Source of the DNA: Acidimicrobium sp. BACL17 MAG-120823-bin42
Lineage (GTDB): Bacteria; Actinomycetota; Acidimicrobiia; Acidimicrobiales; Ilumatobacteraceae
DNA: 32,953 nucleotides
Assembly: GCA_001438985.1 (NCBI GenBank)
Contig: LIAZ01000001.1
Location: forward strand, 1-32,953
Reading direction: 5' to 3'
Shown here: positions 19,678-27,800 of the stretch, in pieces
How the letters are laid out: every line of letters starts with the position of its first letter
Numbering within the stretch: the first letter of the stretch is position 1
Position numbers and translations under genes: made by a program
Notes under the pieces: generated by a model
What the model saw: only the letters and a program-made list of their open reading frames with translations
Database searches by the model: none
Told to the model about the DNA's origin: nothing

Positions 19678-19868
19678 ATCCGCAGAGTAGCCCTCAATCC
19701 AAGGAATTCACCGTCGTATCTCAACACTTCAGGTGGTCAAATAGGACTGAAATCACCATTTACTCACTCTTAGTGGTTGCAACAACATTATTAGTGAAAT
19801 AATCCTCAAGTTTTCCCTTCTGGAACCGATCCCTAATGCGGATCTCACACCAGAAAGTCAGGGAAATC

Positions 19869-21188
19869 ATGAACACATCAGTAATTCGCAAAGCAGTTGT
19901 CGGATTGTCGCTTTCCGTTATCGGATCGATGAGCATGTCAACGTTGACAGTTACAGCGGCGGATGCACAAGTTGTCAGTGCAAAGCCACTTGCTCTTCCT
20001 CGCATGGGCGAATCAGGACCAGAGGTCATTCGACTTCAACAGGCAATTGTGGCTCGTGGTTTCACAATCAAAGGTGGCATCGATGGCTCATTTGGAGCTT
20101 CAACTCGATCGGCCTTGAGGTCATTACAGAAGGTCGCTGGATTTAGGGCAACGGGGAATCTTGACTCCCGCACCGCGAAATTTCTTGGTCTTGTAGATGT
20201 GACACCCCTATCGAAGAATTCACTTCCGACTATTGGAGCATCTGGTGATGCCGTGTGGTCGATACAACAAGCGTTGATTAATAGTGGCGTAACTGTGAAG
20301 GGTGGTGCCGATGGCAAGTTTGGACTTGCAACATCAATCGCAATTGGCCGATTTCAAAGTGCTCGAGGTTTGAGAGTTACGAAATCTGTCGACGAAGCAA
20401 CCGCAATCGCATTGGGCCTTCTCGCAGCGCCTGCACCAAAGGCATCTGCCACGAAAACCGTTGTCGCTGCAGGCGTAGTTGCGCCAGTAGCAACACCTGT
20501 TGCAGCAGCGGCCAGTATCACCATTGACTCCTTGCCGGTACGTGGCCAGACGAGTGAAGCTGTTCGTACCGTGCAACATGCATTGTTGGCAGCGGGCATA
20601 GAAGTCAAGGGTGGCGCAGATGCTGTGTTTGGCGTTGCCACTTCGGTAGCAATAGGAAAATTCCAATCAGTGAAGGGACTTAACGTCACCACGGCACTCG
20701 ATGCAAACACTGCTGCAGCACTTGGACTCATCCCAACACTTGCAGAGTTAGGCCTTCCAACGCTTCAGGCTTTCCCGATGCAAGGCCGTTGTTCTTTCTC
20801 TGATTCATGGCACGCTCCGCGAGGAAGTGGACGTGTCCATGAAGGGGTAGACATCGTTGGTGCTCGCGGCCTGGCAATCTATGCGGTGGTTGACGGAATC
20901 ATCACACGAATGTTGTCGGGCGGAGCATTGAGTGGAAACTCAATTCGCCTTACCGCACCAGATGGAACGTACTTTTTCTACGCTCACCTTGATGGCTTTG
21001 CAGCAGGCTTGGCTGTAGGTCAGACCGTGCGTGCTGGCCAAGTTATTGGATACAACGGTTCGACTGGAACGTCAACGCCCCATGTCCACTTTGAAGTACA
21101 CCCCCAGGGTGGGGCCGCTGTCAACCCTTACCCACTCGTGAAGGCAGTCGACGCATGCAACAACACGAGCATTCCTGCTCAGCCGTAA
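19869..21188 (+). CDS. Secreted peptidoglycan hydrolase: three PG_binding_1-like repeats + M23 (LytM-type) metallopeptidase domain
   Basis: Signal peptide MNTSVIRKAVVGLSLSVIGSMSMSTLTVTAADA, with RBS AGGGA 5 nt upstream of the ATG at 19869 (track start 19836). M23 motifs are HEGVDI, HLDGF and TPHVHFEVH. Confidence 0.9.
   Translation: MNTSVIRKAVVGLSLSVIGSMSMSTLTVTAADAQVVSAKPLALPRMGESGPEVIRLQQAIVARGFTIKGGIDGSFGASTRSALRSLQKVAGFRATGNLDSRTAKFLGLVDVTPLSKNSLPTIGASGDAVWSIQQALINSGVTVKGGADGKFGLATSIAIGRFQSARGLRVTKSVDEATAIALGLLAAPAPKASATKTVVAAGVVAPVATPVAAAASITIDSLPVRGQTSEAVRTVQHALLAAGIEVKGGADAVFGVATSVAIGKFQSVKGLNVTTALDANTAAALGLIPTLAELGLPTLQAFPMQGRCSFSDSWHAPRGSGRVHEGVDIVGARGLAIYAVVDGIITRMLSGGALSGNSIRLTAPDGTYFFYAHLDGFAAGLAVGQTVRAGQVIGYNGSTGTSTPHVHFEVHPQGGAAVNPYPLVKAVDACNNTSIPAQP
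19998..20729 (+). repeat. Three intragenic copies of a ~65-aa peptidoglycan-binding module
   Basis: Copy 1 is GESGPEVIRLQQAIVARGFTIKGGIDGSFGASTRSAL...GL. Copy 2 is GASGDAVWSIQQALINSGVTVKGGADGKFGLATSIAI...GL. Copy 3 is GQTSEAVRTVQHALLAAGIEVKGGADAVFGVATSVAI...GL. Copies 2 and 3 are separated by an Ala/Pro/Val-rich linker. Confidence 0.75.
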
Positions 21189-21257
21189 AGCTCTGATTCT
21201 GTAGTGATTCGGATCAATGACGATGTGAGAACCATCATTGGTCCGGATCACCACACA

Positions 21258-21935
21258 CTAACGAGTGCGATCTTCCGCTGGAAGGTGGTCTACATCGCTT
21301 AGCCGCTCAAGACTAAACGCGTAACCATCTCCCAATTTGATGGTTTTTAATGTTGTTATCGAAGCATGGTTAATGATAAATCGTTCCCATTCCCAAGGGG
21401 TTGCCGGCAAACCAAGCAAATGGCAAATCAATACGCTATTCGTTCCCGCATGAGCGAAGAACACAAATTTCTCGCCTGGATTATCAATCTGCCAAACGGG
21501 CAAATCCGTGCCAATCCGACGAACGCCATTGCGTTCGAGAAAGTCTGTAGCGCCAATGTGAATTCGAGCGACAAAATCTCGCACGGATTCTCCGCCCTGC
21601 AAGCCATTCCAACGCTCGTGTGAGGGGTTGCTCATTTCTCTGCGATATGCCTTGATGGTTTCTTCTACTGGAGCACCGTGCCATGATGGCTCGCGAATTT
21701 CTTCCAGAAATGGTTCGATCTCGAGGGGCCTGTTATGCCGTGTCAGTGTCGGTAATGCTGTCAAATGCGTTCGCTGCAATGGTGACGCAAACACATGGTC
21801 GTAATCAAAGGTTTCCAATCGTCGTCCAAGTAATTCGGCTTGACGTAGTCCACGCTCCGTCAACGGCGGATTGACAACGCTTAGACCGTCCTTTACCCAT
21901 TCGGGTTCGGCATGTCTAATGAGAACTAATTCCAT
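21258..21935 (-). CDS. Histidine phosphatase family protein (phosphoglycerate-mutase-like)
   Basis: N-terminal LIRHAEPEW (RHG-type motif) and a downstream FFAHAGT histidine motif. 225 aa. Confidence 0.8.
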   Translation of the reverse strand: MELVLIRHAEPEWVKDGLSVVNPPLTERGLRQAELLGRRLETFDYDHVFASPLQRTHLTALPTLTRHNRPLEIEPFLEEIREPSWHGAPVEETIKAYRREMSNPSHERWNGLQGGESVRDFVARIHIGATDFLERNGVRRIGTDLPVWQIDNPGEKFVFFAHAGTNSVLICHLLGLPATPWEWERFIINHASITTLKTIKLGDGYAFSLERLSDVDHLPAEDRTR

Positions 21936-21944
21936 TGCAGCAAT

Positions 21945-22688
21945 CTACTCCACTTCGATATTGCACAACGCGAATGCCTTCACAAGCGCTTCATCAAAAA
22001 CTTCATCTGACACCACTGCGCCGACCGCAAGATTCATCATTTCCGATCCCAGACATAGAGCCTGTTCAGAAGTGATTGCAATACCACGCTGCTCGGCAAG
22101 AAAATATGCATACGAACGCGTTGCAGTGTCTTCATTGTCAAATCCCGTGTTTAATTCTTCCTGTGGATCAACCACAAAAGAAGTGCCGGTTATTGGCATA
22201 TCGCTATCGGGCAGACCGTTAATACCGCTTTGCAAATTCACGCTGCATTGTTTAACGATGAAATCTCTCAGTGAACTTAATGCTTCTACATTGTCGTTGC
22301 GTGACAAGTTGGCGATGGACTGTTGCGCATTTGAATCGGTGTTGGCAATCGACCCATCCCAATAGACATTTTCGAGCGCCACGGCAAGTTCCAAATACGA
22401 ACGTTCAACTGTTTCTACATCTTGTCTAATTGTTGAAGGTGCGACATCAGTCATAACGGAAAGAGTGCCTGTTAGAACACCGATTGTGCTCTGCATCTGT
22501 CTCGGTGGCACTCTGCTGAGCGATTCGATCATCACCCCAGTGGCAACAAGTGACGATTCCAGCTCAGTTGTGTAACCGCACAGCGCATTGGTTTCTACTT
22601 GCTCACCGCAACCAAGTACTGCTGTAGCGGAAAGCCCAGGAATGACGAGAAACCTAAGAGTATGAGAAAAAGCTCGGCTTAGTTTCAA
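21945..22688 (-). CDS. Hypothetical lipoprotein
   Basis: The preferred TTG start at 22688 has a strong RBS (GAGGAGGAG) 6 nt upstream. This gives MKLSRAFSHTLRFLVIPGLSATAVLGC, a textbook lipoprotein signal with lipobox. The mature part is mostly helical-looking and no family is recognised. The track ORF extends to 22709. Confidence 0.7.
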   Translation of the reverse strand: MKLSRAFSHTLRFLVIPGLSATAVLGCGEQVETNALCGYTTELESSLVATGVMIESLSRVPPRQMQSTIGVLTGTLSVMTDVAPSTIRQDVETVERSYLELAVALENVYWDGSIANTDSNAQQSIANLSRNDNVEALSSLRDFIVKQCSVNLQSGINGLPDSDMPITGTSFVVDPQEELNTGFDNEDTATRSYAYFLAEQRGIAITSEQALCLGSEMMNLAVGAVVSDEVFDEALVKAFALCNIEVE

Positions 22689-22723
22689 TCGTGACTCCTC
22701 CTCGTACAAACTCTAGTTGTACG

Positions 22724-23275
22724 ATGATTCATCCCATGGCCAATTCATCAACCGCACGTGCCAAGTCGCTCATTGCACGAACGACAATCGTGACAACGGT
22801 GTTTGCGCTGAGTGTGATGTGGATATACGCATTTGTTTTCGCGTCAAAAGAGTCAGTTAATAAAATCGCGGATCAGGCGTGGACTGCTCGGGCGGAAAGC
22901 ATTTGCCAAGAGGCGTTCCAACAGCGATTACTTCTGATTGATCTTCGTCAGATTTCAGATTCAGGACCAGATGCCCTTGCCCAACGCGCGGACATCGTCG
23001 ATAAAGCAACGGATTTATTAGAAAGCGCAATCGTCGAAATTGAAAAAGTTTCTCCGAACGACCCAAAAGGGCTGGCTATCGTTCCGCTGTGGATAAGCGA
23101 CTACAAGACACTCATATCTGATCGACGTGACTACTCAGCACTTTTGCGCACAGGAGACAATTCGCCGTTTGCAGAGTCAATGACCGAGGGTTTGCCTCTT
23201 AGCGAGAAAATATCAACATTCGCTGCAGACAATCGCATGCTTTCATGCAAAGCGCCCATCGATTTATCAATCTGA
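22724..23275 (+). CDS. Hypothetical N-terminally membrane-anchored protein
   Basis: A single TM or signal-anchor (TTIVTTVFALSVMWIYAFVF) is followed by a ~140-aa helical-looking domain bracketed by two Cys. The start is ambiguous: GTG 22691, ATG 22724 or ATG 22736. No family is recognised. Confidence 0.6.
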   Translation: MIHPMANSSTARAKSLIARTTIVTTVFALSVMWIYAFVFASKESVNKIADQAWTARAESICQEAFQQRLLLIDLRQISDSGPDALAQRADIVDKATDLLESAIVEIEKVSPNDPKGLAIVPLWISDYKTLISDRRDYSALLRTGDNSPFAESMTEGLPLSEKISTFAADNRMLSCKAPIDLSI

Positions 23276-23914
23276 TACGAATTCGTTCTTCGGCAACCAG
23301 CCCTGACCTTCCGCATATTGTTTGATCACTCGCGCGGGTGATCCAACAGCAACACAATAATCTGGGATCACACCCGTGACCACGCTGTTTGCGCCAATAG
23401 CAACATGTTTTCCAATTTGTGCACCTGGCAATACAACGGCGCCAGCGCCGATCCACGAACCATCACCAATAGTGACCATTCGCTCTGGCTGAGTTTGTTG
23501 CGAAATTGGAACATCGATGCGTTCGTAACCGTGATTCTGATCGGTGATATAGACGTGATGACCAGTCCACACATCGTTACCAATATCAATTCCCAGATGA
23601 CCCACGATCCCACTACCTCGACCAATCAGGCAACGGTCGCCGATACGCACAACCGGATTGGTCACACATAATTGGCCTGGCATCATCCCTGCCGACAGCG
23701 CCACATTTTGGCCGATCATGGTGTCATCACCAATTTGGATGTACTGCTCGTTAAAAATCGTTGTTACGGGAAAGCAGATAATGCTGTTGTCTCCGAAACG
23801 TCCAAACCTCTTACCCCGTGCAGTATCTGGCCCAATCGAGCCGTGTAGACACAGCCAATTCCACGCACTCACCGCTATTTTCTCGCGCATCCGCTGAACT
23901 GACTTGGCAAGCAT
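23267..23914 (-). CDS. Left-handed beta-helix (hexapeptide-repeat) acyl/acetyltransferase
   Basis: Hexapeptide repeats run through IGDDTMIGQNVAL...IGDRCLIGRGSGI...IGDGSWIGAGAVVLPGAQIGKHVAIGANSVV. The preferred ATG at 23914 (MLAKSVQRM...) has TAGATT 7 nt upstream. The track ORF extends to 24010 and would overlap panB. Confidence 0.85.
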   Translation of the reverse strand: MLAKSVQRMREKIAVSAWNWLCLHGSIGPDTARGKRFGRFGDNSIICFPVTTIFNEQYIQIGDDTMIGQNVALSAGMMPGQLCVTNPVVRIGDRCLIGRGSGIVGHLGIDIGNDVWTGHHVYITDQNHGYERIDVPISQQTQPERMVTIGDGSWIGAGAVVLPGAQIGKHVAIGANSVVTGVIPDYCVAVGSPARVIKQYAEGQGWLPKNEFVSD

Positions 23915-23944
23915 GTCTACGAATCTAATCTGTAGCCTGAAAAC

Positions 23945-24769
23945 ATGCCCGAAAGTACCAGTCGACCAAGGGTGACTGTTCCCGACGTCATTGCGCGCAA
24001 GAACCATCATCTGCCGCTGACCATGATCACGGCTTACGACGCCACATTCGCAAAGATCGTCGATGAGTCTGGTGTCGACATGATTCTCGTTGGAGATTCC
24101 GTGGGTTCAGTGGTACAAGGTGTTGCTAACACCATTCCCGTAACGCTTGAGGAAATGGAATATCACGTTCGCCTTGTTGCGCGTGCCAATCCGCGGGCGT
24201 TGATCATTGGCGATCTACCGTTTGGCTCATACCAAGTGAATACTGAGCAAGCAGTACGCAGCGCTATTCGACTGGTTAAGGCAGGTGCTGCTGCAGTAAA
24301 ACTTGAGGGCGGCGTCACGATGCAGGACGCGATTGCAGCTATCTCTCGAGTTGATATTCCAGTAATGGGCCACATCGGACTCACTCCCCAGAGCTATCAC
24401 CGAATGGGCGGCCACCGAGTCCAAGGTCGCGCAGAAGGTCGCGATCCAGGTGGCAAAGAACGATTGCTCGAAGACGCTCATTCCGTTGAGCAAGCAGGAG
24501 CATTTGCAGTGGTCATTGAGGGTGTTCCTCGAGAATTAGCGCGAGAAATCACTCAGAAAATTTCAATACCAACCATAGGAATCGGGGCCGGACCGGATTG
24601 TGATGGTCAGGTACTCGTACTGCATGACATCCTCGGTCTCAGCCCGAATAATTTGAAGTTCACTCGCAAGTATGCAAATGTCCGCGAACTGAGCATTCAG
24701 GCATGTTCGGAGTTTGTGCACGAAGTACGTGCACGACAATGGCCCGATGACGACCATTCTTTTCACTGA
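23945..24769 (+). CDS. panB: 3-methyl-2-oxobutanoate hydroxymethyltransferase
   Basis: LTMITAYD, VGDSVGSVVQG, KLEGG and GHIGLTPQ. 274 aa. Confidence 0.95.
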   Translation: MPESTSRPRVTVPDVIARKNHHLPLTMITAYDATFAKIVDESGVDMILVGDSVGSVVQGVANTIPVTLEEMEYHVRLVARANPRALIIGDLPFGSYQVNTEQAVRSAIRLVKAGAAAVKLEGGVTMQDAIAAISRVDIPVMGHIGLTPQSYHRMGGHRVQGRAEGRDPGGKERLLEDAHSVEQAGAFAVVIEGVPRELAREITQKISIPTIGIGAGPDCDGQVLVLHDILGLSPNNLKFTRKYANVRELSIQACSEFVHEVRARQWPDDDHSFH

Positions 24770-25595
24770 TACTCATCAGTTTGCTGACTGGCTGGCGACC
24801 AAGCGAGACAGCACCATTGTTGGTTTTGTACCGACCATGGGTGCATTACATGAAGGACATGGTTCATTATTTGAGCTTGCTAGATCACAGTGCGACCTTG
24901 TGATTGCAAGCATTTATGTCAACAATCTTCAGTTCAATTCATCCTCAGATTTTGATCGCTACCCCCGAACGCTTGATGAGGATGTCGCCATGTGTCAATC
25001 GCGCAGCGTTGATGCGGTGTGGGCTCCATCACAACTCGATCTATTTCCAGATGGACAGCAACTACTCACAACTGGTGAAAATGCCCTCGAGTACGAAGGC
25101 AGAGATCGGCCAGGTCATTTTGTCGGTGTAGCAACTGTTGTTGATCGTTTGTTATCAATCGTTGCACCAGACCGCATGTATCTCGGGGCTAAGGATCACC
25201 AGCAAATCTCTGTCATTACGTCAATGTGCGGTCAGCTTCATCAATATGTCAACATCGTCCGCTGCCCTACCATTCGAGAACATGACGGTCTTGCGATATC
25301 GAGTCGCAACCGATTTCTCACTCAACACGGTCGAAGCCAAGCCCCAATCATCTCATTGGCTCTTCAACATATGATCGACACGTGGAGAGCAGGCGAAACC
25401 GAACCGACCACACTGATCGCTCAAGCAACGTCTGAACTCCAGAACATAAATGGTGCGACTGTTCACTACATTGCAGTGCTTGATGGACACGAGATGCAAC
25501 TGACAATGAGTGTCAAACAAGGAGATACGGCAATCATTGCGGTATCGATAGATAACGTTCGCTTGATTGACAACATGCAATTTGTCAACGTTTGA
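24747..25595 (+). CDS. panC: Pantoate--beta-alanine ligase
   Basis: GFVPTMGALHEGH (HIGH-like) and FDRYPRT. The preferred ATG at 24747 (MTTILF...) overlaps the panB 3' end by 23 nt. The track start is 24714. Confidence 0.9.
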   Translation: MTTILFTDTHQFADWLATKRDSTIVGFVPTMGALHEGHGSLFELARSQCDLVIASIYVNNLQFNSSSDFDRYPRTLDEDVAMCQSRSVDAVWAPSQLDLFPDGQQLLTTGENALEYEGRDRPGHFVGVATVVDRLLSIVAPDRMYLGAKDHQQISVITSMCGQLHQYVNIVRCPTIREHDGLAISSRNRFLTQHGRSQAPIISLALQHMIDTWRAGETEPTTLIAQATSELQNINGATVHYIAVLDGHEMQLTMSVKQGDTAIIAVSIDNVRLIDNMQFVNV

Positions 25596-27042
25596 CGGTG
25601 GTATCGATCTGAGTCATCCGATAGCGGATCGTGTAGACAGAATCGCCACTCAGAATTCCCCCTCTGCCAAGCGAACGTCCCAACTGCCAATTTGATAAAC
25701 CGAGTTCTGGCTTGTTCAGCGCATACTGGCCGTCGACCCAGCGAGTCATACCGTTCCCGAAGAATGGTGCATTACTTGTGCTCCACGCATGTTCGTGTTC
25801 GTCTTGATGTACTGACAATACCGACAACACGAATTGAGGAGAGTGCATGTTGAATAATTCAACTGCAGAGGCAATATTCTTAGCTATCACGAGCGTTACT
25901 TCAGGTGTTGTCTCCCATTCCCATTCCTTGGAGAGATCTAACTCATCGGTGATTTCTACAACCACGCCTGACGATACATCGGCCAGATCGATGCCGAGAT
26001 GAACCAACTGCTGCTCCACGTTTGATGAAATATGAACGATGGGCCGCACACCGTTGCGTAAGCCACTTTTACCAATTCCTTTGAAAAGGGTTGAAATAAT
26101 CTCGCATGCGGCTTTCTCCAGTATCACGATCGTGTTCAGCGTGTTGCACACCTTGCGGTCGAGCGAATGCAAAATAATGTCTTCTAATCCAGCGAGATCG
26201 TCATACTGAGAAACCACTGCCCATGCGCCGCCAGTCCCGTGCAGACTGACAGGAATGCCATGTTGTTGTGCAATGTTTCCCAGCAGCGCAACTGAAGCGC
26301 CGCTTCCACGCGCAACTGCCAATGCAATCCCGTCGTTGGAAAACAACGCCCAGGCAGAAGCATGCGTGATGCTTGGCAATAACATCACGCAATGCTCTGG
26401 TAAACCAGCTTCAATAAGCGACGGATGTACTGCGACCCTCATCAACGCCTCGGCAGTGTTGTAGGCATCGCTCCCGATCCGAAACACACAGGTGTTTCGA
26501 CTGCGTATCACCCCAGTGGCATCAGCCAACACATTAGGTCGTCCTTCAAAAACGAATCCGACCAATCCCAATGCACACTGGCGCGCCTCCACAGACCAAC
26601 CCGAATGCTCTATATGTGCAACATGATCTTGCACTGCCACCATGTCCTGCCATAGACCAAGTGCGTCAATCATGTCTTTACGCATACTGGGAGTCAACCC
26701 GAGACGCGTAGTTGACCGACCACGTTGTTTAGCTTGTTCAACGTCGTTCTCATTGACAACCATAACTTCGGCCATGAGCACATCATCGGCTAGTCGATCT
26801 GCAAACAGCCTAAAAAACGTCGATATCTGATCGTCGCTGGCAGATTGCAACAAAGAAAATGCCCTCCGCGATAGTTCCACAACTTGTCCAACAATGTCTA
26901 TTTCAGTTTTTGGGATAAGCATTAATTGCCCATCTGTTGAAGCCACGATGCGGTCACCATCCGAAAATTGATCCGCTATGGCAGCACCAATGGTGATCAA
27001 TTTTCCGTTGACAAGAATTCGATCTGTTGCTCGCACACTCAT
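25585..27042 (-). CDS. Divergent gamma-glutamyl-phosphate-reductase (ProA)-like aldehyde dehydrogenase with N-terminal extension
   Basis: It is colinear by eye with ProA: FEGRPNV (ProA YEARPNV), ARGSGASV (PRGGAGL), IPVSLHGTGG (IPVITGGIG), catalytic-Cys context RKVCNTLNT (STCNTVET) and a C-terminal NAPFF.NG...GLS. A ~45-aa N-terminal extension (ILVNGKLITIGAAIADQFSDGDRIV...) is absent from canonical ProA. Confidence 0.65.
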   Translation of the reverse strand: MSVRATDRILVNGKLITIGAAIADQFSDGDRIVASTDGQLMLIPKTEIDIVGQVVELSRRAFSLLQSASDDQISTFFRLFADRLADDVLMAEVMVVNENDVEQAKQRGRSTTRLGLTPSMRKDMIDALGLWQDMVAVQDHVAHIEHSGWSVEARQCALGLVGFVFEGRPNVLADATGVIRSRNTCVFRIGSDAYNTAEALMRVAVHPSLIEAGLPEHCVMLLPSITHASAWALFSNDGIALAVARGSGASVALLGNIAQQHGIPVSLHGTGGAWAVVSQYDDLAGLEDIILHSLDRKVCNTLNTIVILEKAACEIISTLFKGIGKSGLRNGVRPIVHISSNVEQQLVHLGIDLADVSSGVVVEITDELDLSKEWEWETTPEVTLVIAKNIASAVELFNMHSPQFVLSVLSVHQDEHEHAWSTSNAPFFGNGMTRWVDGQYALNKPELGLSNWQLGRSLGRGGILSGDSVYTIRYRMTQIDTTVKR

Positions 27043-27086
27043 TGTTTCACCTTCATTGACATATCGTAGATCGCTAAGATTGAGGT

Positions 27087-27797
27087 GTGGATAATCGTCT
27101 GTATTTCAAGCAACTTTTGTCGGGACGGGATTTTGCCTGTGGCGATCAAATGGCAAGCCAAATGGTCAATTTCGTCTACGCCATCGGCGATCTTGTCACA
27201 CGCGAATGCGTGATTGTTGATCCGGCCTACGCAGTCAATGAACTTGCTTCAATTGTCCAAGCCGATGACATGGTCATCAGTGGAGTGCTTGGAACTCATT
27301 ACCATCCCGATCATTTAGGTGGATCAATGATGGGTTGGAATATTGAAGGTATTTCAACCTTGCTAGATGTTGTTGACGTGCCGATTCACATCAATCGTTA
27401 CGAATCCGAATGGGTTCAAAAAACCACGGGCGTTTCTTCGAATTTACTCTCACTTCACGATGCAGGAGACATCATCCGTATCGGAGAGATTGATATCACA
27501 CTGCTTCACACACCTGGTCACACACCAGGAAGTCAATGCTTCCTCGTGGACAACAAACTTGTATCAGGCGACACGCTGTTTTTAGAAGGATGTGGCCGAA
27601 CTGACCTGCCTGGCTCTAATCCTGATGACATGTTCGATAGTTTGACGCTGCTGTCAACGCTCCCCGATGACGTGATTGTGTTTCCAGGACATCAGTACTC
27701 TCAACCGGCGCAGATGTTGATGGGTGATGTGCGCTCGTCGAACTATGTCTTCAAGCCAAAGACAAAAGAGGCTTGGCTGCAGTGGTTTGGTCGGTAG
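27087..27797 (+). CDS. MBL-fold metallo-hydrolase (glyoxalase II / persulfide-dioxygenase-like)
   Basis: GTG start. Motifs are THYHPDHLGG (HxHxDH), HTPGHTPGS, GDTLFLEGCGRTD and FPGHQY. Confidence 0.85.
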   Translation: MDNRLYFKQLLSGRDFACGDQMASQMVNFVYAIGDLVTRECVIVDPAYAVNELASIVQADDMVISGVLGTHYHPDHLGGSMMGWNIEGISTLLDVVDVPIHINRYESEWVQKTTGVSSNLLSLHDAGDIIRIGEIDITLLHTPGHTPGSQCFLVDNKLVSGDTLFLEGCGRTDLPGSNPDDMFDSLTLLSTLPDDVIVFPGHQYSQPAQMLMGDVRSSNYVFKPKTKEAWLQWFGR

Positions 27798-27800
27798 AAG

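Noticed and set aside
19678-19868. This is the largest intergenic region of the window (190 nt), upstream of the M23 peptidoglycan hydrolase. I considered a c-di-AMP (ydaO-type) riboswitch, which often precedes actinobacterial cell-wall hydrolase genes, and also a tRNA or sRNA.
   Set aside because: I could not find the conserved ydaO elements (GGGGA/ACGGGG-type bulges, CCCGAACCCG, AGCUAACC), and no cloverleaf is present. Only short AT-rich 5-6 bp inverted repeats occur (ATTATT..AATAAT, GATCC..GGATC). The region most likely just holds the divergent ctaA and M23 promoters. A covariance-model scan would settle it.
21212-21243. Imperfect hairpin (GATCAATGA ... TCATTGGTC, with one G-U pair and a large internally paired loop) between the convergent M23 peptidase and histidine phosphatase genes.
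   Set aside because: There is no flanking U-tract in either direction and the stem is interrupted. It may act as an I-shaped terminator, but I cannot support that from the sequence alone.
25585-27042. Apparent loss of a catalytic cysteine in the ProA-like protein. It has HGTGGAWAVV where E. coli ProA, as I recall it, has GGIGVCHIYV.
   Set aside because: Comparison with the ALDH superfamily layout shows that this segment corresponds to the ELGGK-type loop, not the nucleophile. The catalytic Cys lies in the downstream TCNTVET-type motif, which is retained here as VCNTLNT. I therefore do not claim a pseudo-enzyme.
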